From: a virus
Lineage: Duplodnaviria > Caudoviricetes
Length of the DNA stretch: 64,000 nucleotides
Strand: one strand, 5' to 3'
IMG/VR virus record: IMGVR_UViG_3300025838_000023
Span: 32,001 to 96,000 of that record
Shown here: positions 1-10,961 of the stretch, one piece after another
How positions within the stretch are numbered: position 1 is the first letter of the stretch
How the letters are laid out: each line of letters opens with the position of its first letter
The notes under the pieces: model-generated
Database searches by the model: none
Told to the model about the DNA's origin: nothing
Seen by the model: the letters and a program-made list of their open reading frames with translations, nothing else
Translations under genes and position numbers: made by a program

Positions 1-801
1 ACTCACGTATTAGTAAATCGGAGCAATTTAATTAGAAACCTGCAAAAATCTTGTGGATGTCTAAGAAAAACCCAAAACGAATTATTAGCAGGAAAAACAT
101 TTGGAAAATTATTAGTATTAAATATTAATACTAAAACAAAAAAAGATGCAATGGGTAGCACATTTTGGGATTGTAAATGTGAATGCGGAAAAATTATAAG
201 TTTGCCAACATATTTATTAACCAGATCATATAACTCAAGAACATGTTGTGGTTGTGAATCTTTAGAAAGAATTCGGTCACATAAAATAATAAATTTAGAT
301 GGACAAATTTTTGGAAAATTAACAGCAATTAAACGTATGCCAGTATCCAAACGTGGGCAATTTTATTTATGTCGATGTGAATGTAAAAAAGAAGTTATAA
401 TTAGAGTAGATGCACTTAGAGAAGGTAGAGCACAATCATGTGGATGTATGAAAATGTCCATACACGAACAAATAATTTATAATATATTATATAATCTTAA
501 TGTCGATTTTGGAACTCAATATAGTTTTGATAATTGTAGATATAGTAGAAAAAATAGATTAAGATTTGACTTTAATGTTTTTAATAACGGAAAACTACAT
601 CTTATTGAATATCACGGCAAACAACATTATGAATCCGTGATATGTTGGGGTGGAGAAGATACATTTAAAATAAACAACATTAGAGATAAAATAAAATTAG
701 ATTATTGTAAGGATAATAATATACCATTATTAATTATTCCATATACAATAAAAAATAGTGAAATAAAAAATATAATTTCCAAATTTTTATTTACGACTTA
801 A
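1..801 (+). CDS. Homing-endonuclease-like protein (repeated FGKL..CxCxCG..SCGC modules + C-terminal PD-(D/E)xK/Vsr-like domain), 5'-partial
   Basis: Frame open from base 1; three CxC/SCGC repeats; RFDF..IEYHGKQHY motif. Confidence 0.75.
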   Translation, partial: THVLVNRSNLIRNLQKSCGCLRKTQNELLAGKTFGKLLVLNINTKTKKDAMGSTFWDCKCECGKIISLPTYLLTRSYNSRTCCGCESLERIRSHKIINLDGQIFGKLTAIKRMPVSKRGQFYLCRCECKKEVIIRVDALREGRAQSCGCMKMSIHEQIIYNILYNLNVDFGTQYSFDNCRYSRKNRLRFDFNVFNNGKLHLIEYHGKQHYESVICWGGEDTFKINNIRDKIKLDYCKDNNIPLLIIPYTIKNSEIKNIISKFLFTT

Positions 802-2404
802 CATTTTTATTAAACCCCTCAGTAGTAATGAAATATAATTCCTTTTTTGCTCTAGTAACTGCAACATATTCTATGTTTTTTTCTTGTTTCAAATGGTGTT
901 CTAACCTTGCATATTTAGAAGGCATATACTTCTCTTTATCTAAAATAAAAACTCTATCATATTCCATACCTTTCGCTCGGTGACAAGTAGATAATGTTAA
1001 TAAATTAGTATCTGTATCATCAAACATTCGAGTAATAAAATCCATCAATTTTATTACTGATCCATCCTGCATTTTTGATATAATATTTAAAATACAAGTT
1101 ACATTATCTTCTACATTTAATGCTGCCATAGGATTCTTACGTTCTATATATTTAGCTTTTTCTTTTTCCATATATACAACCAAATCCGATTTTAATTCTA
1201 GTAATGTATTCGCACTTTGTTTTTTAATAATAGTGATCAAATTTGCACCAATATCTTTACCAACAATTCTGCATCCAACTCCATTAACAATTAAATTATA
1301 TGCTAATCCAACTAATGGTGCAGTATTTCTACAAAGTATAACGTCACTATTAGTAAAAAAATTTACACCATAACTGTTCAAACATTCGACAATTCCTTCT
1401 TCTGCATCTTCTTTATATTGAATTTCTGGTACCATTTTTTGTGCTAATTGAACCACACTTTTTGGGCAACGATAAGAAATAGATAATGGTAGAACTTTAC
1501 AATTAAAAGATTCTTTAATGATATTCATAGAATTTACATCCGCTCCACGAAATTGGTAAATTCCCTGGTTACAATCTCCTACAAAAATTGCTCTACCATC
1601 TGGAGTTAGTATTTTCTTAACAATTTCAATTTGGCATGAGTTTACATCTTGCGCTTCATCAACTAATATCCAACTATACTTCGGAAATTTTATTTTATGA
1701 TATAAGCTAAGATAAATCAAATCATCAAAATCCACACTTTCTCTTCCTTCCTTTGTCGAAATACTCAATACTTGTTGGGAAATTTCAATAGCTCTTTTTT
1801 CTGACAACATGGTATCTTCTAATGTTAAATCTTGATGCGCAATTAAATCATACCAAGATTCCTCTTCATCAGGTATTAACACTCCAATTCCTACATTCTT
1901 TGCTAACGATACCAGTTTAGTAACATATCGAATATATTTTCTTTCTTCTTTACCTTTTAGTAATCCACTTGTAATATTGTAGACTTTGTATATATCTAAA
2001 TTTAATTTTGAAACTCTATAAAAATCTTGCAATGCACCATAACAAATTGAATGGAAAGTTTTTGATAATACATTGTTTGGAACACGAGTAGATAGATATT
2101 CTGCAATGTTTTTATTGAATGCTAAAAATAAAGCTTTTTGCCTACGAGGGAAATTCTTTGCAATCATTAACAATACTGTAGATTTCCCTGAACCTGCAAC
2201 TGCTTCAATTATTGCACAACCTTTTCCATTCTCTGCAAAATCAAAAATCGCTTTCTGGTAATCGGAAGGAATGAATACAGTTGGTAAAGGGGCTATAATG
2301 TCCTTTGTATTGTGTATTGGCGTGTCTGTGCGTCTTGGTGCCTTTGGAGGTCGTACATAGGGCTTTGCGGGTCGCCTTTCGCCTTTTAATTTATATTCTC
2401 TCAT
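791..2404 (-). CDS. UvrD/Rep-family SF1 helicase
   Basis: AVAGSGKS, LVDEAQD, VGDCNQGIYQFRGA, SYRCP, TCHRAKGMEY, YVAVTRAK. Confidence 0.9.
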   Translation of the reverse strand: MREYKLKGERRPAKPYVRPPKAPRRTDTPIHNTKDIIAPLPTVFIPSDYQKAIFDFAENGKGCAIIEAVAGSGKSTVLLMIAKNFPRRQKALFLAFNKNIAEYLSTRVPNNVLSKTFHSICYGALQDFYRVSKLNLDIYKVYNITSGLLKGKEERKYIRYVTKLVSLAKNVGIGVLIPDEEESWYDLIAHQDLTLEDTMLSEKRAIEISQQVLSISTKEGRESVDFDDLIYLSLYHKIKFPKYSWILVDEAQDVNSCQIEIVKKILTPDGRAIFVGDCNQGIYQFRGADVNSMNIIKESFNCKVLPLSISYRCPKSVVQLAQKMVPEIQYKEDAEEGIVECLNSYGVNFFTNSDVILCRNTAPLVGLAYNLIVNGVGCRIVGKDIGANLITIIKKQSANTLLELKSDLVVYMEKEKAKYIERKNPMAALNVEDNVTCILNIISKMQDGSVIKLMDFITRMFDDTDTNLLTLSTCHRAKGMEYDRVFILDKEKYMPSKYARLEHHLKQEKNIEYVAVTRAKKELYFITTEGFNKNVKS

Positions 2405-2416
2405 TTAGAATTATAT

Positions 2417-2809
2417 TTAATCACAATCATTTAACTCGTTATCGGTATAATGATAATACTCGATATATTCTTCTTTTTTAAATTCTATAGGTAATTTCAA
2501 ATACCTTTCATAATACATAGGTGCGCTCATCATTCCACAATTACAAACAAATCTATATTGAGTAATTTCAAAACCAACTTCAGGATACGGATTATGACAT
2601 TCCATTCTTGTTGATATTTCTCCACAAAAAGGACACATCATCTGTTCATTAAACCAACGTTCTTTATTTCTTCGTTCCACTTCCTCATAAAGAGGAATAC
2701 AACTTAAAGAATTATTGGTTTTCTCACAATATTTGATCGAATTAATAAGATGCAAATCCTCCATATCTTTAATATCCATCACAGAACCTTCTTTAGTTTT
2801 CCATTTCAT
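2417..2809 (-). CDS. Hypothetical protein (MKWKTKEG start, Zn-ribbon CPFC..CNC)
   Basis: ORF; start adjusted to avoid overlap. Confidence 0.55.
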   Translation of the reverse strand: MKWKTKEGSVMDIKDMEDLHLINSIKYCEKTNNSLSCIPLYEEVERRNKERWFNEQMMCPFCGEISTRMECHNPYPEVGFEITQYRFVCNCGMMSAPMYYERYLKLPIEFKKEEYIEYYHYTDNELNDCD

Positions 2810-2810
2810 A

Positions 2811-3035
2811 TTAATCGTATTCCACCCACCATGAAACACCACAATGAGGACAAGTATATTTATCATCCGCCCCGTCCCAAGAAGATACTGAGGTTGCATC
2901 TCCATGATATACTCGCAAGCCATTCCGTATCTTATCCTTCTTTGGTTCTTCTTTGATGCATTTAATCCATAAAGTTCCATCTTTATAGGTTTCGATTGGT
3001 GCTATATATTTTTGTTCTAATTTGTTATTTTCCAT
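2811..3035 (-). CDS. Small Zn-ribbon hypothetical protein
   Basis: ORF with CPHCG. Confidence 0.5.
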   Translation of the reverse strand: MENNKLEQKYIAPIETYKDGTLWIKCIKEEPKKDKIRNGLRVYHGDATSVSSWDGADDKYTCPHCGVSWWVEYD

Positions 3036-3843
3036 TTTTGTAATCCTCCCATGCAATTTCACTAACTCGCTTTACAATAGCTTCTTTATCATTTGCGTAT
3101 AATCCTGCTGATGAAAAACTAGTTAACTCCATCAACCAAAAATTTCCATCATTATCTTCTACTACATCCACGCAAAATACTGAATCTGGAAAATACCCCA
3201 CAGATAAAATTTCTTCACAGAATTCTCTAGCCTTTGGTGGAGCGGATGGAATTTGAGTTGCTAACCCCTGATATCTGTAAGAAGAAACGCTAATTATCTC
3301 CTTATGTCGAGTGCAAACAAATCTCCACTCACCACGAATGTTCTTAGGAATAGAAATAATTGCCAAATCGTTTTTGTATGATTCGAATTCTTCAAAAAAT
3401 CCAGTTGTATCATTTAAATCCAGTATTCCACCCTTAAATGTTTTGTCGCCAGTATCAGGACGAATGAAAATACAAGCTTCCTTTCCAAAGATTGCATAAA
3501 ATTGATACAATCTTCTTTTCAATTCAGATAGTGGAACCATTACATAATTATCGTTGAACAAATACTTACCAAAATGAGGGTAATATTTCGAACAATAATA
3601 GTTATCCCAATTACAATAAAGAATAGGATAATTGTTGTTACTTGATAATTGTTTATTTACTAATTTGCACATTTCAATACTACCATTAAATACCACACAT
3701 TCGTTTTTATAATGTGAAATATCATTGTGTGCAAAATCCCCTTTAATATCTTGTACAGGGAATCCTAGTTTTTTAGCAGCATCTGATAGTTGCAAAAAAC
3801 TTTCTTCTTTTGCCAAATTTTCAATAATCCAATTAACTTTCAT
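3025..3843 (-). CDS. ATP-grasp domain protein (DUF4343/R2K-like)
   Basis: FIRPDTGDKTFKG, EWRFV, FCVDV, LMELTSFSSAGLY. Confidence 0.8.
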   Translation of the reverse strand: MKVNWIIENLAKEESFLQLSDAAKKLGFPVQDIKGDFAHNDISHYKNECVVFNGSIEMCKLVNKQLSSNNNYPILYCNWDNYYCSKYYPHFGKYLFNDNYVMVPLSELKRRLYQFYAIFGKEACIFIRPDTGDKTFKGGILDLNDTTGFFEEFESYKNDLAIISIPKNIRGEWRFVCTRHKEIISVSSYRYQGLATQIPSAPPKAREFCEEILSVGYFPDSVFCVDVVEDNDGNFWLMELTSFSSAGLYANDKEAIVKRVSEIAWEDYKNGK

Positions 3844-4123
3844 AATTTTTATAACTTTCAGAAATTTCTTTATACCGTTCAATCATATTTTTTGTTAGTA
3901 GTTCATATGTTTTGTCAGAAAAATTTAGTAATGGCATAGCATAAGTAATAGGTTGTGAATTTCCATCAATAACTACTCGTATCCTTCCCATCATACAACC
4001 ACAAAAATATGATTTATCGGATACCCAAACATCACAAATCTTTTTAGTTTCGGTATTAAAAGCTACATGTTCGGTATCTATATTAAAATTATCAAGATTG
4101 TATTCATCAATTTTTTGTAACAT
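3833..4123 (-). CDS. Hypothetical protein
   Basis: ORF in tightly packed operon. Confidence 0.5.
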   Translation of the reverse strand: MLQKIDEYNLDNFNIDTEHVAFNTETKKICDVWVSDKSYFCGCMMGRIRVVIDGNSQPITYAMPLLNFSDKTYELLTKNMIERYKEISESYKNYES

Positions 4124-4292
4124 TTAAATCCTTTTCTAATTTTTTTAATCGAGTTATTTCATGTTTCATGGATTTATAATAACTTTCACTCAAAATTATA
4201 ACTTCGCTACCTTCTTCGAATCCAGAACAATCTTCTTCTCCAGCTACAAAGGTTCCACTTTCTATATATTCAGCTTTAATTACTTTTTTCAT
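4107..4292 (-). CDS. Hypothetical protein
   Basis: ORF in operon. Confidence 0.5.
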   Translation of the reverse strand: MKKVIKAEYIESGTFVAGEEDCSGFEEGSEVIILSESYYKSMKHEITRLKKLEKDLNVTKN

Positions 4293-4545
4293 AAAGATTT
4301 TCTCCTACTCTATATTCTAGTGTTGCAAATTCTCTCCCCCAACGCTTTAATGCCCATGACCACAATCTCCGCATTATCAAATTAGAATCTCTTTTCCCTG
4401 CCCTTGTAGATGATCCAGTAAATTCAGTATGGCTATCAACAACATTCAGCGCATATGCAATTTCAGCAAAGGAATCTGCCTCTGCTCTATGTAATGCTTT
4501 TATAGCTCGATAACAAAATTTTGAATTAGGAAATACTTTTTTCAT
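4276..4545 (-). CDS. Hypothetical protein
   Basis: ORF in operon. Confidence 0.5.
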   Translation of the reverse strand: MKKVFPNSKFCYRAIKALHRAEADSFAEIAYALNVVDSHTEFTGSSTRAGKRDSNLIMRRLWSWALKRWGREFATLEYRVGENLYEKSN

Positions 4546-4903
4546 TGCGATTCTTAATTATAACGAACTTTCCAGATGTTTCAAGAGATTTATCTTCTTT
4601 TTTTATCATATCAATCGGATGGTGAACTGCTCTACCACCAAAAGCAGTATCTTCATATAAAAACTGAGAGTTGCTAATAGGCGCAGAAGGCAGAAATTTT
4701 ATCTTAATTCCACTTTGCTTAATCGACTCGCAAAATTTCTCTCCTAACTTTTTAAAACATTCTTTCTGTTCATCAGTTAAATGGGAATCGTCCATTATTT
4801 TATATACAGGATCAGGAAAAAAGGGATAAGGATATGGTTCCTTTTCCTTATTCTTATCCAACATTTCCTCTATCTCTGCAATCGTTATAGAATCGTTTTT
4901 CAT
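4526..4903 (-). CDS. Hypothetical protein
   Basis: ORF in operon. Confidence 0.5.
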   Translation of the reverse strand: MKNDSITIAEIEEMLDKNKEKEPYPYPFFPDPVYKIMDDSHLTDEQKECFKKLGEKFCESIKQSGIKIKFLPSAPISNSQFLYEDTAFGGRAVHHPIDMIKKEDKSLETSGKFVIIKNRNEKSIS

Positions 4904-5160
4904 TTCTTATAAAAAGGATTATCCATTAAATGTTCTGTTAATCTACTAAAATAATGTTTTATACATATAGGGAGTTTGCAGTATTCTAAAATCTTCTCCA
5001 AGCACATTACAATTAAAAACGAAGGCATGAATATCCAACAAAGAAACAACATCAATAAATCTTCTCCGGTAACTTTTGGAGAATTTTTCATAACATCTCT
5101 CCATACCAATGTTCCAACAACTAGTGCAAATATTGAATATGTAATTAAATAGTAGTTCAT
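4900..5160 (-). CDS. Small membrane protein
   Basis: Two hydrophobic segments. Confidence 0.55.
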   Translation of the reverse strand: MNYYLITYSIFALVVGTLVWRDVMKNSPKVTGEDLLMLFLCWIFMPSFLIVMCLEKILEYCKLPICIKHYFSRLTEHLMDNPFYKK

Positions 5161-5378
5161 GCTTTTGTTTTCTTTTTTATTGTTAAATCATCTATCACAT
5201 TTTTAGTAACATCATCCAATACAGTTTCAATAAAAGTTCTTTGTCTGTTTGTCAATCCTTTGGTTTTAATATGGGTTACTAATGTATTGCAAAAATATAC
5301 CTCCATCCCTTCATAACTAAATATATTCTCAAATAACATTAATAGACATCTGTTATCAGCAACTTTAAAATCTTTCAT
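5157..5378 (-). CDS. Hypothetical protein
   Basis: ORF in operon. Confidence 0.5.
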   Translation of the reverse strand: MKDFKVADNRCLLMLFENIFSYEGMEVYFCNTLVTHIKTKGLTNRQRTFIETVLDDVTKNVIDDLTIKKKTKA

Positions 5379-5384
5379 ATTAAT

Positions 5385-5822
5385 CTACTTTAAAAGTTCA
5401 GGATTCTCAAAAATATTTCCAATAACGGTATCCCAATATAATACACCAAACTTTCGATGAGAAAATGTATTTATATCATCATTACAAAACATTGGAACTT
5501 TAGCCACCTTTTCTTCTATACAGTAATGACCATTTGAAAATACCACAACTCCTATAAAGTCCGAAGTTTCTATAATATCGCCTTCGTAAATTTCTTTGTC
5601 GTTCTTATCTTTCAAACCAGTCCATTGCATTATTTTATAAGTGTCACTAGGAAAAGCTTTTAATTTCGCAATATTATAATTGCAATATAATCTCCCACTA
5701 GCAGAAACCATATTTTCAGAACCATATAACATTTCTTTGAACTCAATATCCCAAACTCTAAATTTAAATGGAATACATTCTTTCATTTGTTCCTCATTTT
5801 CATATCCATAAAAATTATTCAT
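5385..5822 (-). CDS. YopX-family protein
   Basis: KFRVWD..MQWTGLKDKNDKEIYEGDI..VIGNIFENPELL. Confidence 0.9.
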   Translation of the reverse strand: MNNFYGYENEEQMKECIPFKFRVWDIEFKEMLYGSENMVSASGRLYCNYNIAKLKAFPSDTYKIMQWTGLKDKNDKEIYEGDIIETSDFIGVVVFSNGHYCIEEKVAKVPMFCNDDINTFSHRKFGVLYWDTVIGNIFENPELLK

Positions 5823-5823
5823 T

Positions 5824-6336
5824 TTATGCTACTTTCTCTATTGCTGCATTTATCGTATCTTCTAAAGTGCTATATATGATCCAATTTTTAGTATCCGCTT
5901 CTTTACCATGTTGCGTCCACATAATATCACCATACGCAATTCTATACGCATCATTAGGCCGACCATAAACCAACTTCTCACGATCTTTCGCAATCCAATA
6001 CCCAAACTCAAAATTTGTAGTAAGTGCAATCAATTCTCTCGTTCTCGCAATCCAAAATAAAATACAATCCGCTCTCTTCAACCCCTCGTTCTCCCACAAA
6101 GGAATGTCAAACTTACCTTTATCAGACTCCGTATTAGATGTGAACTCTGGAATAATAATAGTTCCATCAAAATTCGACTTCTGAAATATCTCTTCTGCCT
6201 TATACCTCCAAGATGGTTGTAAATGCAATTGATTACCTCTCACAGTCGGCCCCGCAAGAAATATTACCTTTCCTGTAACATTCTTCACAGTCTCAACAGG
6301 AGTTTCATATCTAAATGTAGTTGTCATAATTCCCAT
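5824..6336 (-). CDS. Nucleoside 2-deoxyribosyltransferase-like protein
   Basis: IFLAGP..WR..WENEGLKRADCILFW..TTNFEFG. Confidence 0.8.
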   Translation of the reverse strand: MGIMTTTFRYETPVETVKNVTGKVIFLAGPTVRGNQLHLQPSWRYKAEEIFQKSNFDGTIIIPEFTSNTESDKGKFDIPLWENEGLKRADCILFWIARTRELIALTTNFEFGYWIAKDREKLVYGRPNDAYRIAYGDIMWTQHGKEADTKNWIIYSTLEDTINAAIEKVA

Positions 6337-6371
6337 ACTTTAACAGATTCTATGGTTTTGTCAACGAAATT

Positions 6372-6935
6372 CTAATATGGAAATACATTTTTATCATAAT
6401 ACTTTTCTACTGCATTACGACAAAACATAATAGTATTTTCACTAACTGGTTTAAAATGCCATGCGTCAACTCCAACATTTATCATATTCTTCTGAACCTT
6501 CCACAATCCATGAATATGTCCTGTTATCGAAAATGACTTATCAATACAATTAGCAGGATAATGATTCAAATAAAATGACTTCCCTTGAACTTCTATCATA
6601 AAATCATCTTTAATAACATCAAAATACCTTCCTAACATTTTAAGCTTCGTCACATCTTCGTCATAATTTCCAATAATAAGCGTGAACGTAGATTTTGGAA
6701 ATTTATCACGCAACCATGACAATTCATTTATAGAATTTTTGTTGTTAAAATCATATACAACATCACCTAAATGTATAATCTCATCACCATCCACAAATCC
6801 TGATCTTATAACATTATCAATAATAACATAATCTTGTATTCCAATAGATGCAAACGGACGATAAAATAAGTTCGGATTTCCGTTAATCCCTATCCTATCT
6901 TCCCCTAAATGCCAATCTGATGTGAAGTATTTCAT
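6372..6935 (-). CDS. Calcineurin-like metallophosphoesterase
   Basis: FTSDWHLG, HLGDV, GNYD, LNHYP, GHIH, NVGVD. Confidence 0.88.
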   Translation of the reverse strand: MKYFTSDWHLGEDRIGINGNPNLFYRPFASIGIQDYVIIDNVIRSGFVDGDEIIHLGDVVYDFNNKNSINELSWLRDKFPKSTFTLIIGNYDEDVTKLKMLGRYFDVIKDDFMIEVQGKSFYLNHYPANCIDKSFSITGHIHGLWKVQKNMINVGVDAWHFKPVSENTIMFCRNAVEKYYDKNVFPY

Positions 6936-7158
6936 ATTAAGTATTTTTCATTTGTCAATCTTTATATGGGTCAAATTCGCTCGCTCCTGCCATTACGACA
7001 CGTTACTTTTTGTTATACATATTTTTTCATCAAATATCCCATTCGCGTATGAATGTAAATTTCCTGTTGTTATATCTCCCACCAAAGGATGAAGTTTTAA
7101 TGTTTCAACGTTCTTTTCTATGTAATCTATTATATCATGTATTTCTTTTCTCATAATT

Positions 7159-7350
7159 TTATTTTTCCTTTTTTTCGTAATCCAAAGTCATGTTAAGATG
7201 CACCCAATTAGTAGGTTCATGCATAAGGCAAACTGGAACATCTTCGGATTTCATCATAAAGTTTGGGAAATCGTCAGGAGTAACAATTTGAAGGTGGATT
7301 CCATGTTTTGCTAATGCTTCGACTAATCCATAAGCAGGAATATCAGGCAT
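7159..7350 (-). CDS. Hypothetical protein
   Basis: ORF. Confidence 0.4.
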   Translation of the reverse strand: MPDIPAYGLVEALAKHGIHLQIVTPDDFPNFMMKSEDVPVCLMHEPTNWVHLNMTLDYEKKEK

Positions 7351-7578
7351 ATCTAATCCTGTTATAAATTTTGGTAAGTTTTCGGTTATATTAAAATCTA
7401 AAAAAATTCACAAGTTCTTCGGAAGGATTTTTTATTTCCATATAAGATTCTGGACTACATTTTGGGCAGAGTCGAGCTTCCTCAATCTGTTTATATAAGG
7501 TTTCTTGAAATTTGACTATACCTTCTTGGCTAGTTACATTATAATAGCAATTTGGACAAGAATCATGGTATCGTTCAC

Positions 7579-7761
7579 TCATATTATAAATTCCTTTCCA
7601 CAACGTTTACAAGTATGGGTATAAAAGTGCCAAGGTTCTCCAATTTTCGAATCTGGATAATCATGGTAATCATTCCAATTTTGTTTTCCCTTGGACATTT
7701 CACATATTATATTATCATTAAATCTAAATAATGCAATTAGTGTTTTTATTAATTTTTTCAT
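7579..7761 (-). CDS. Hypothetical protein (DYHDY..CKRCG)
   Basis: ORF. Confidence 0.5.
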   Translation of the reverse strand: MKKLIKTLIALFRFNDNIICEMSKGKQNWNDYHDYPDSKIGEPWHFYTHTCKRCGKEFII

Positions 7762-8777
7762 ATAATTTTTCTCCGTTTATCTATACATCCTGCAATTTTA
7801 CCCATTTTAAATCTTTTTTGATAATTTTTTATTGTTCCTATCGGTATATTCATTTTTTTAGATACCTCAGTAGCTAACATAAATTTCAAATTTTCGTATA
7901 TTTTTTCTTTTATTTCATTGGTATATACTGGATATATATGTCCTTTTCTAGTTTTTTTAGGAATTAAAGATTTCTCATATATCTGTTTAAATATATTATG
8001 TTTTCTATCTAAGAATATGCCACAATTAGAATATAAAAACATATATATTTTTGCTATTTGTTGCACTCCACTAATACCTAACCGCCCAATAACTTTAGAT
8101 TTCTTTTTTCTATAAATATGACATCTACTCATTCCTAATTTAGTATTTAAATAATCATCATACATTTTTAAAAATTTCAAATTTGCGGTTAAATCAAACG
8201 ATTCTTTTCCGTGTTTATTACTAATACTACCGTCTCCATCGAAACATCCTAATAAAAAAGATGACATATATTCTTCAGGTAATTTAGGCATTAATATAGT
8301 ATCTGATTTATTAGGGAACAATCCTAATTTCTCTAAGCTTTTTCTAAACTTTTCATTCGTCACACTAAAAGATATAGAAGGATAACCTTTATTTTTTATT
8401 TTTGCAATATATTTTTTGATAGGTGCATTACTTTCTATTGATAGTTTAAACTTTTCTAAATGTTTGATATCCTTAATACTCAAATTTATTATTACCGCAT
8501 TACTATTTTTTCTCAAGTTTCCATCTGCATAAATAAACCCTAACCAATACGCCTTTTCATTACAATCTATATCCTCAAAATATTTTTCATTAACTATATA
8601 TTTAGAATGTGCTTCGGAATGAGTTCGTAACTTAATATTATTACCTAACAATCTTCTTTTAATAGTTCCTGCAAAACATCCACACATTTTAGCAAGTTCA
8701 TTTTGAGATATCTTTTCATCAACATAAAGCCTTACAATTTCTTCGGTTTTAAGTTTTAATGTTTTTCTAGTTTTCAT
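7758..8777 (-). CDS. LAGLIDADG homing endonuclease with HTH domains
   Basis: AYWLGFIYADG and FLLGCFDGDGS motifs. Confidence 0.88.
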   Translation of the reverse strand: MKTRKTLKLKTEEIVRLYVDEKISQNELAKMCGCFAGTIKRRLLGNNIKLRTHSEAHSKYIVNEKYFEDIDCNEKAYWLGFIYADGNLRKNSNAVIINLSIKDIKHLEKFKLSIESNAPIKKYIAKIKNKGYPSISFSVTNEKFRKSLEKLGLFPNKSDTILMPKLPEEYMSSFLLGCFDGDGSISNKHGKESFDLTANLKFLKMYDDYLNTKLGMSRCHIYRKKKSKVIGRLGISGVQQIAKIYMFLYSNCGIFLDRKHNIFKQIYEKSLIPKKTRKGHIYPVYTNEIKEKIYENLKFMLATEVSKKMNIPIGTIKNYQKRFKMGKIAGCIDKRRKII

Positions 8778-8784
8778 TTCAATA

Positions 8785-9057
8785 TTATTTATCTGAAATT
8801 ATCGTTTTTTGAGAAGATAAATAGTGTTTTTTATTAAAAAAAGTGGCCCTGCATGAACAAGAACAAAATTCAATTTTGTTTGAATTACAATATGATTTAT
8901 ATGGAATTGCACCATTACATTCCATACACAATTTTGGAGTTTTTTCATACATAACTTGTTTCTTCGTTATATATTTTAGATTTAGATGAAATTTTAAATG
9001 ACTTGATAATCCACGTTTAGTAGAAAATTGTTTATTACACTTATTACACTTATACAT
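8785..9057 (-). CDS. C2H2 zinc-finger protein (possible endonuclease remnant)
   Basis: CNKC..H..H; CMEC; FCSCSC. Confidence 0.6.
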   Translation of the reverse strand: MYKCNKCNKQFSTKRGLSSHLKFHLNLKYITKKQVMYEKTPKLCMECNGAIPYKSYCNSNKIEFCSCSCRATFFNKKHYLSSQKTIISDK

Positions 9058-9058
9058 A

Positions 9059-10471
9059 TTATATTATGAATAATTTGTTTCTAGGTCTACTACATGCGGT
9101 ATATAATATTTTCCTACGTTCTTCTTCATTTCCACTTGACCATATATCACTGGCAACCACAAAGGTATTAAGATAAGTTGAACCTTGCGCACGATGGGCA
9201 GTTATAGCATAGTTATATTTCACATGAGCAAACGTTTCTTTAATCTTATAAAATTTTTTCCATGCTCTTGATCTTTCTGAACCAGTTGGAAGATTTTTTG
9301 CATCGTTTGCCAATTTATCGCAAATGTTTTTAAACTTTTCTTCATCTTCTTGCAGCAACAATTTAATAGTTTCCATTCCACTATCACAAGAAACTATAGC
9401 ATCATAATATCGGATATTTTTACCTTCAATGTTCTTATAGGTTTCCGTTAATCTTCGAACTGTCATATCTTCGTTCGTATTAATGATTTTGCCTTTGCTT
9501 ATTTCAATTGCTTTATCAGCTATCAACTTTTCACCAACGATAATATTTTTCACATCATTACCAAACAAGAATTTACGGATGATAGTATTGAAGGTATTTA
9601 CAGTAACGTTTCTCCATGCCACGACTTTACAATAATCACAATCTTCTTCAAATTGTTTTCCAGTAAAATATTCTTTAAGTTTAGATTTTATGGTAGCAGT
9701 ATCTTCGATGAAATATACTCCATGACCATCCATATCTTCTTTTATAAATTCTTTTTTATCGATACTAGTAAATTCCCCATCCCGAATAGTTTTAGTTACT
9801 TTGATAATTGGATTTTCCGCAGATTGACGAATAATTTTTGTAAGACTGAATTTCTCTATTCCATATTGTTCCCGTTTTGCATCATCGAAAGGAATTGCAA
9901 TAACTTGATTAATAGGTGGAATTTGTTCTGAATCGCCAACGAAAATGATCTTGCTATTATTTACATTCTGTTTCATTATTTCTGCAAACATCGCATCATC
10001 AATCATCGAAGCTTCATCAATAATAATCAAATCAAATTCAACAAAGCGGGATTGGAAATATGGGTCTTTTTTGAATACTTGGCAACCATCATCATCAACA
10101 ACTGGACGCAACCCCAAGATACTATGAAGTGTTGCAAATTCTACACTTCTCGCAGCTTGGTTAGTCAATGACATCTTTTTAAGAACCTTTACTGCTTTAT
10201 GAGTAGGAGCAGTAACTACAACACTCATAAACATCTTCGCACCACTAAACCACTCAATGAATTTAGTGATTAATGTGGATTTTCCTGTCCCTGCGCTCCC
10301 CGAAACCAGAATTTGATTTCTCTCGGAATTCTTACAAAAATCTTTTAACTGATTGAATATTTCTGATTGTTCTTCAGATAAAACAATCTCTTTTGATTTA
10401 TTACTTGCATTATCTACAATATCCACCGTAGAACTAACTGGTGATTTGTATTTATTTTTTGATTTAGGCAT
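9059..10471 (-). CDS. Dda/RecD-like SF1B DNA helicase
   Basis: GSAGTGKS, APTHKA, IIDEASM, GDSEQIPP, IIRQ, YAITAHRAQGSTY, YTACSR. Confidence 0.9.
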   Translation of the reverse strand: MPKSKNKYKSPVSSTVDIVDNASNKSKEIVLSEEQSEIFNQLKDFCKNSERNQILVSGSAGTGKSTLITKFIEWFSGAKMFMSVVVTAPTHKAVKVLKKMSLTNQAARSVEFATLHSILGLRPVVDDDGCQVFKKDPYFQSRFVEFDLIIIDEASMIDDAMFAEIMKQNVNNSKIIFVGDSEQIPPINQVIAIPFDDAKREQYGIEKFSLTKIIRQSAENPIIKVTKTIRDGEFTSIDKKEFIKEDMDGHGVYFIEDTATIKSKLKEYFTGKQFEEDCDYCKVVAWRNVTVNTFNTIIRKFLFGNDVKNIIVGEKLIADKAIEISKGKIINTNEDMTVRRLTETYKNIEGKNIRYYDAIVSCDSGMETIKLLLQEDEEKFKNICDKLANDAKNLPTGSERSRAWKKFYKIKETFAHVKYNYAITAHRAQGSTYLNTFVVASDIWSSGNEEERRKILYTACSRPRNKLFII

Positions 10472-10511
10472 GATCAGTATAGTTTAACATAGAACCAAAA
10501 CATATCAAATC

Positions 10512-10751
10512 TTATATAGAATCTTCTTGGAATTTCATACCAATCAAATCTGCAAATCCTATTGTTCCTTCGTTATAATGGTAATGCGCAATTTGTCGAG
10601 TAGCTTTATTAACATTTTCTTGACCAACAGTTTCGTTTTCTAATAATGAACTAAATTGATTGCGAACTTTTTCTGCATCTTTATAACCAATATTGATAAC
10701 TTGTTCGCACATTCTACATCGGTACAATAATGTTGCTTTAGATTCGTTCAT
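10512..10751 (-). CDS. Hypothetical protein
   Basis: ORF. Confidence 0.5.
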   Translation of the reverse strand: MNESKATLLYRCRMCEQVINIGYKDAEKVRNQFSSLLENETVGQENVNKATRQIAHYHYNEGTIGFADLIGMKFQEDSI

Positions 10752-10961
10752 CGTGCTCCTTATTATTTGGTTTATTATTGTATATTTGAATCATTTCCAA
10801 TGCTTTCATTTTATCTTCGTCCGTTGGTTGAGATTCTGATAACATGAAAACTCCTTGTGGAATTTCTTCACCATTAATATACGCATCCCGACATAAAAAC
10901 CACATATTAGCCGCGAATTCAATTTGTTCCTGTGTTTTGTTTTTTAAATAGTTTTTATTAT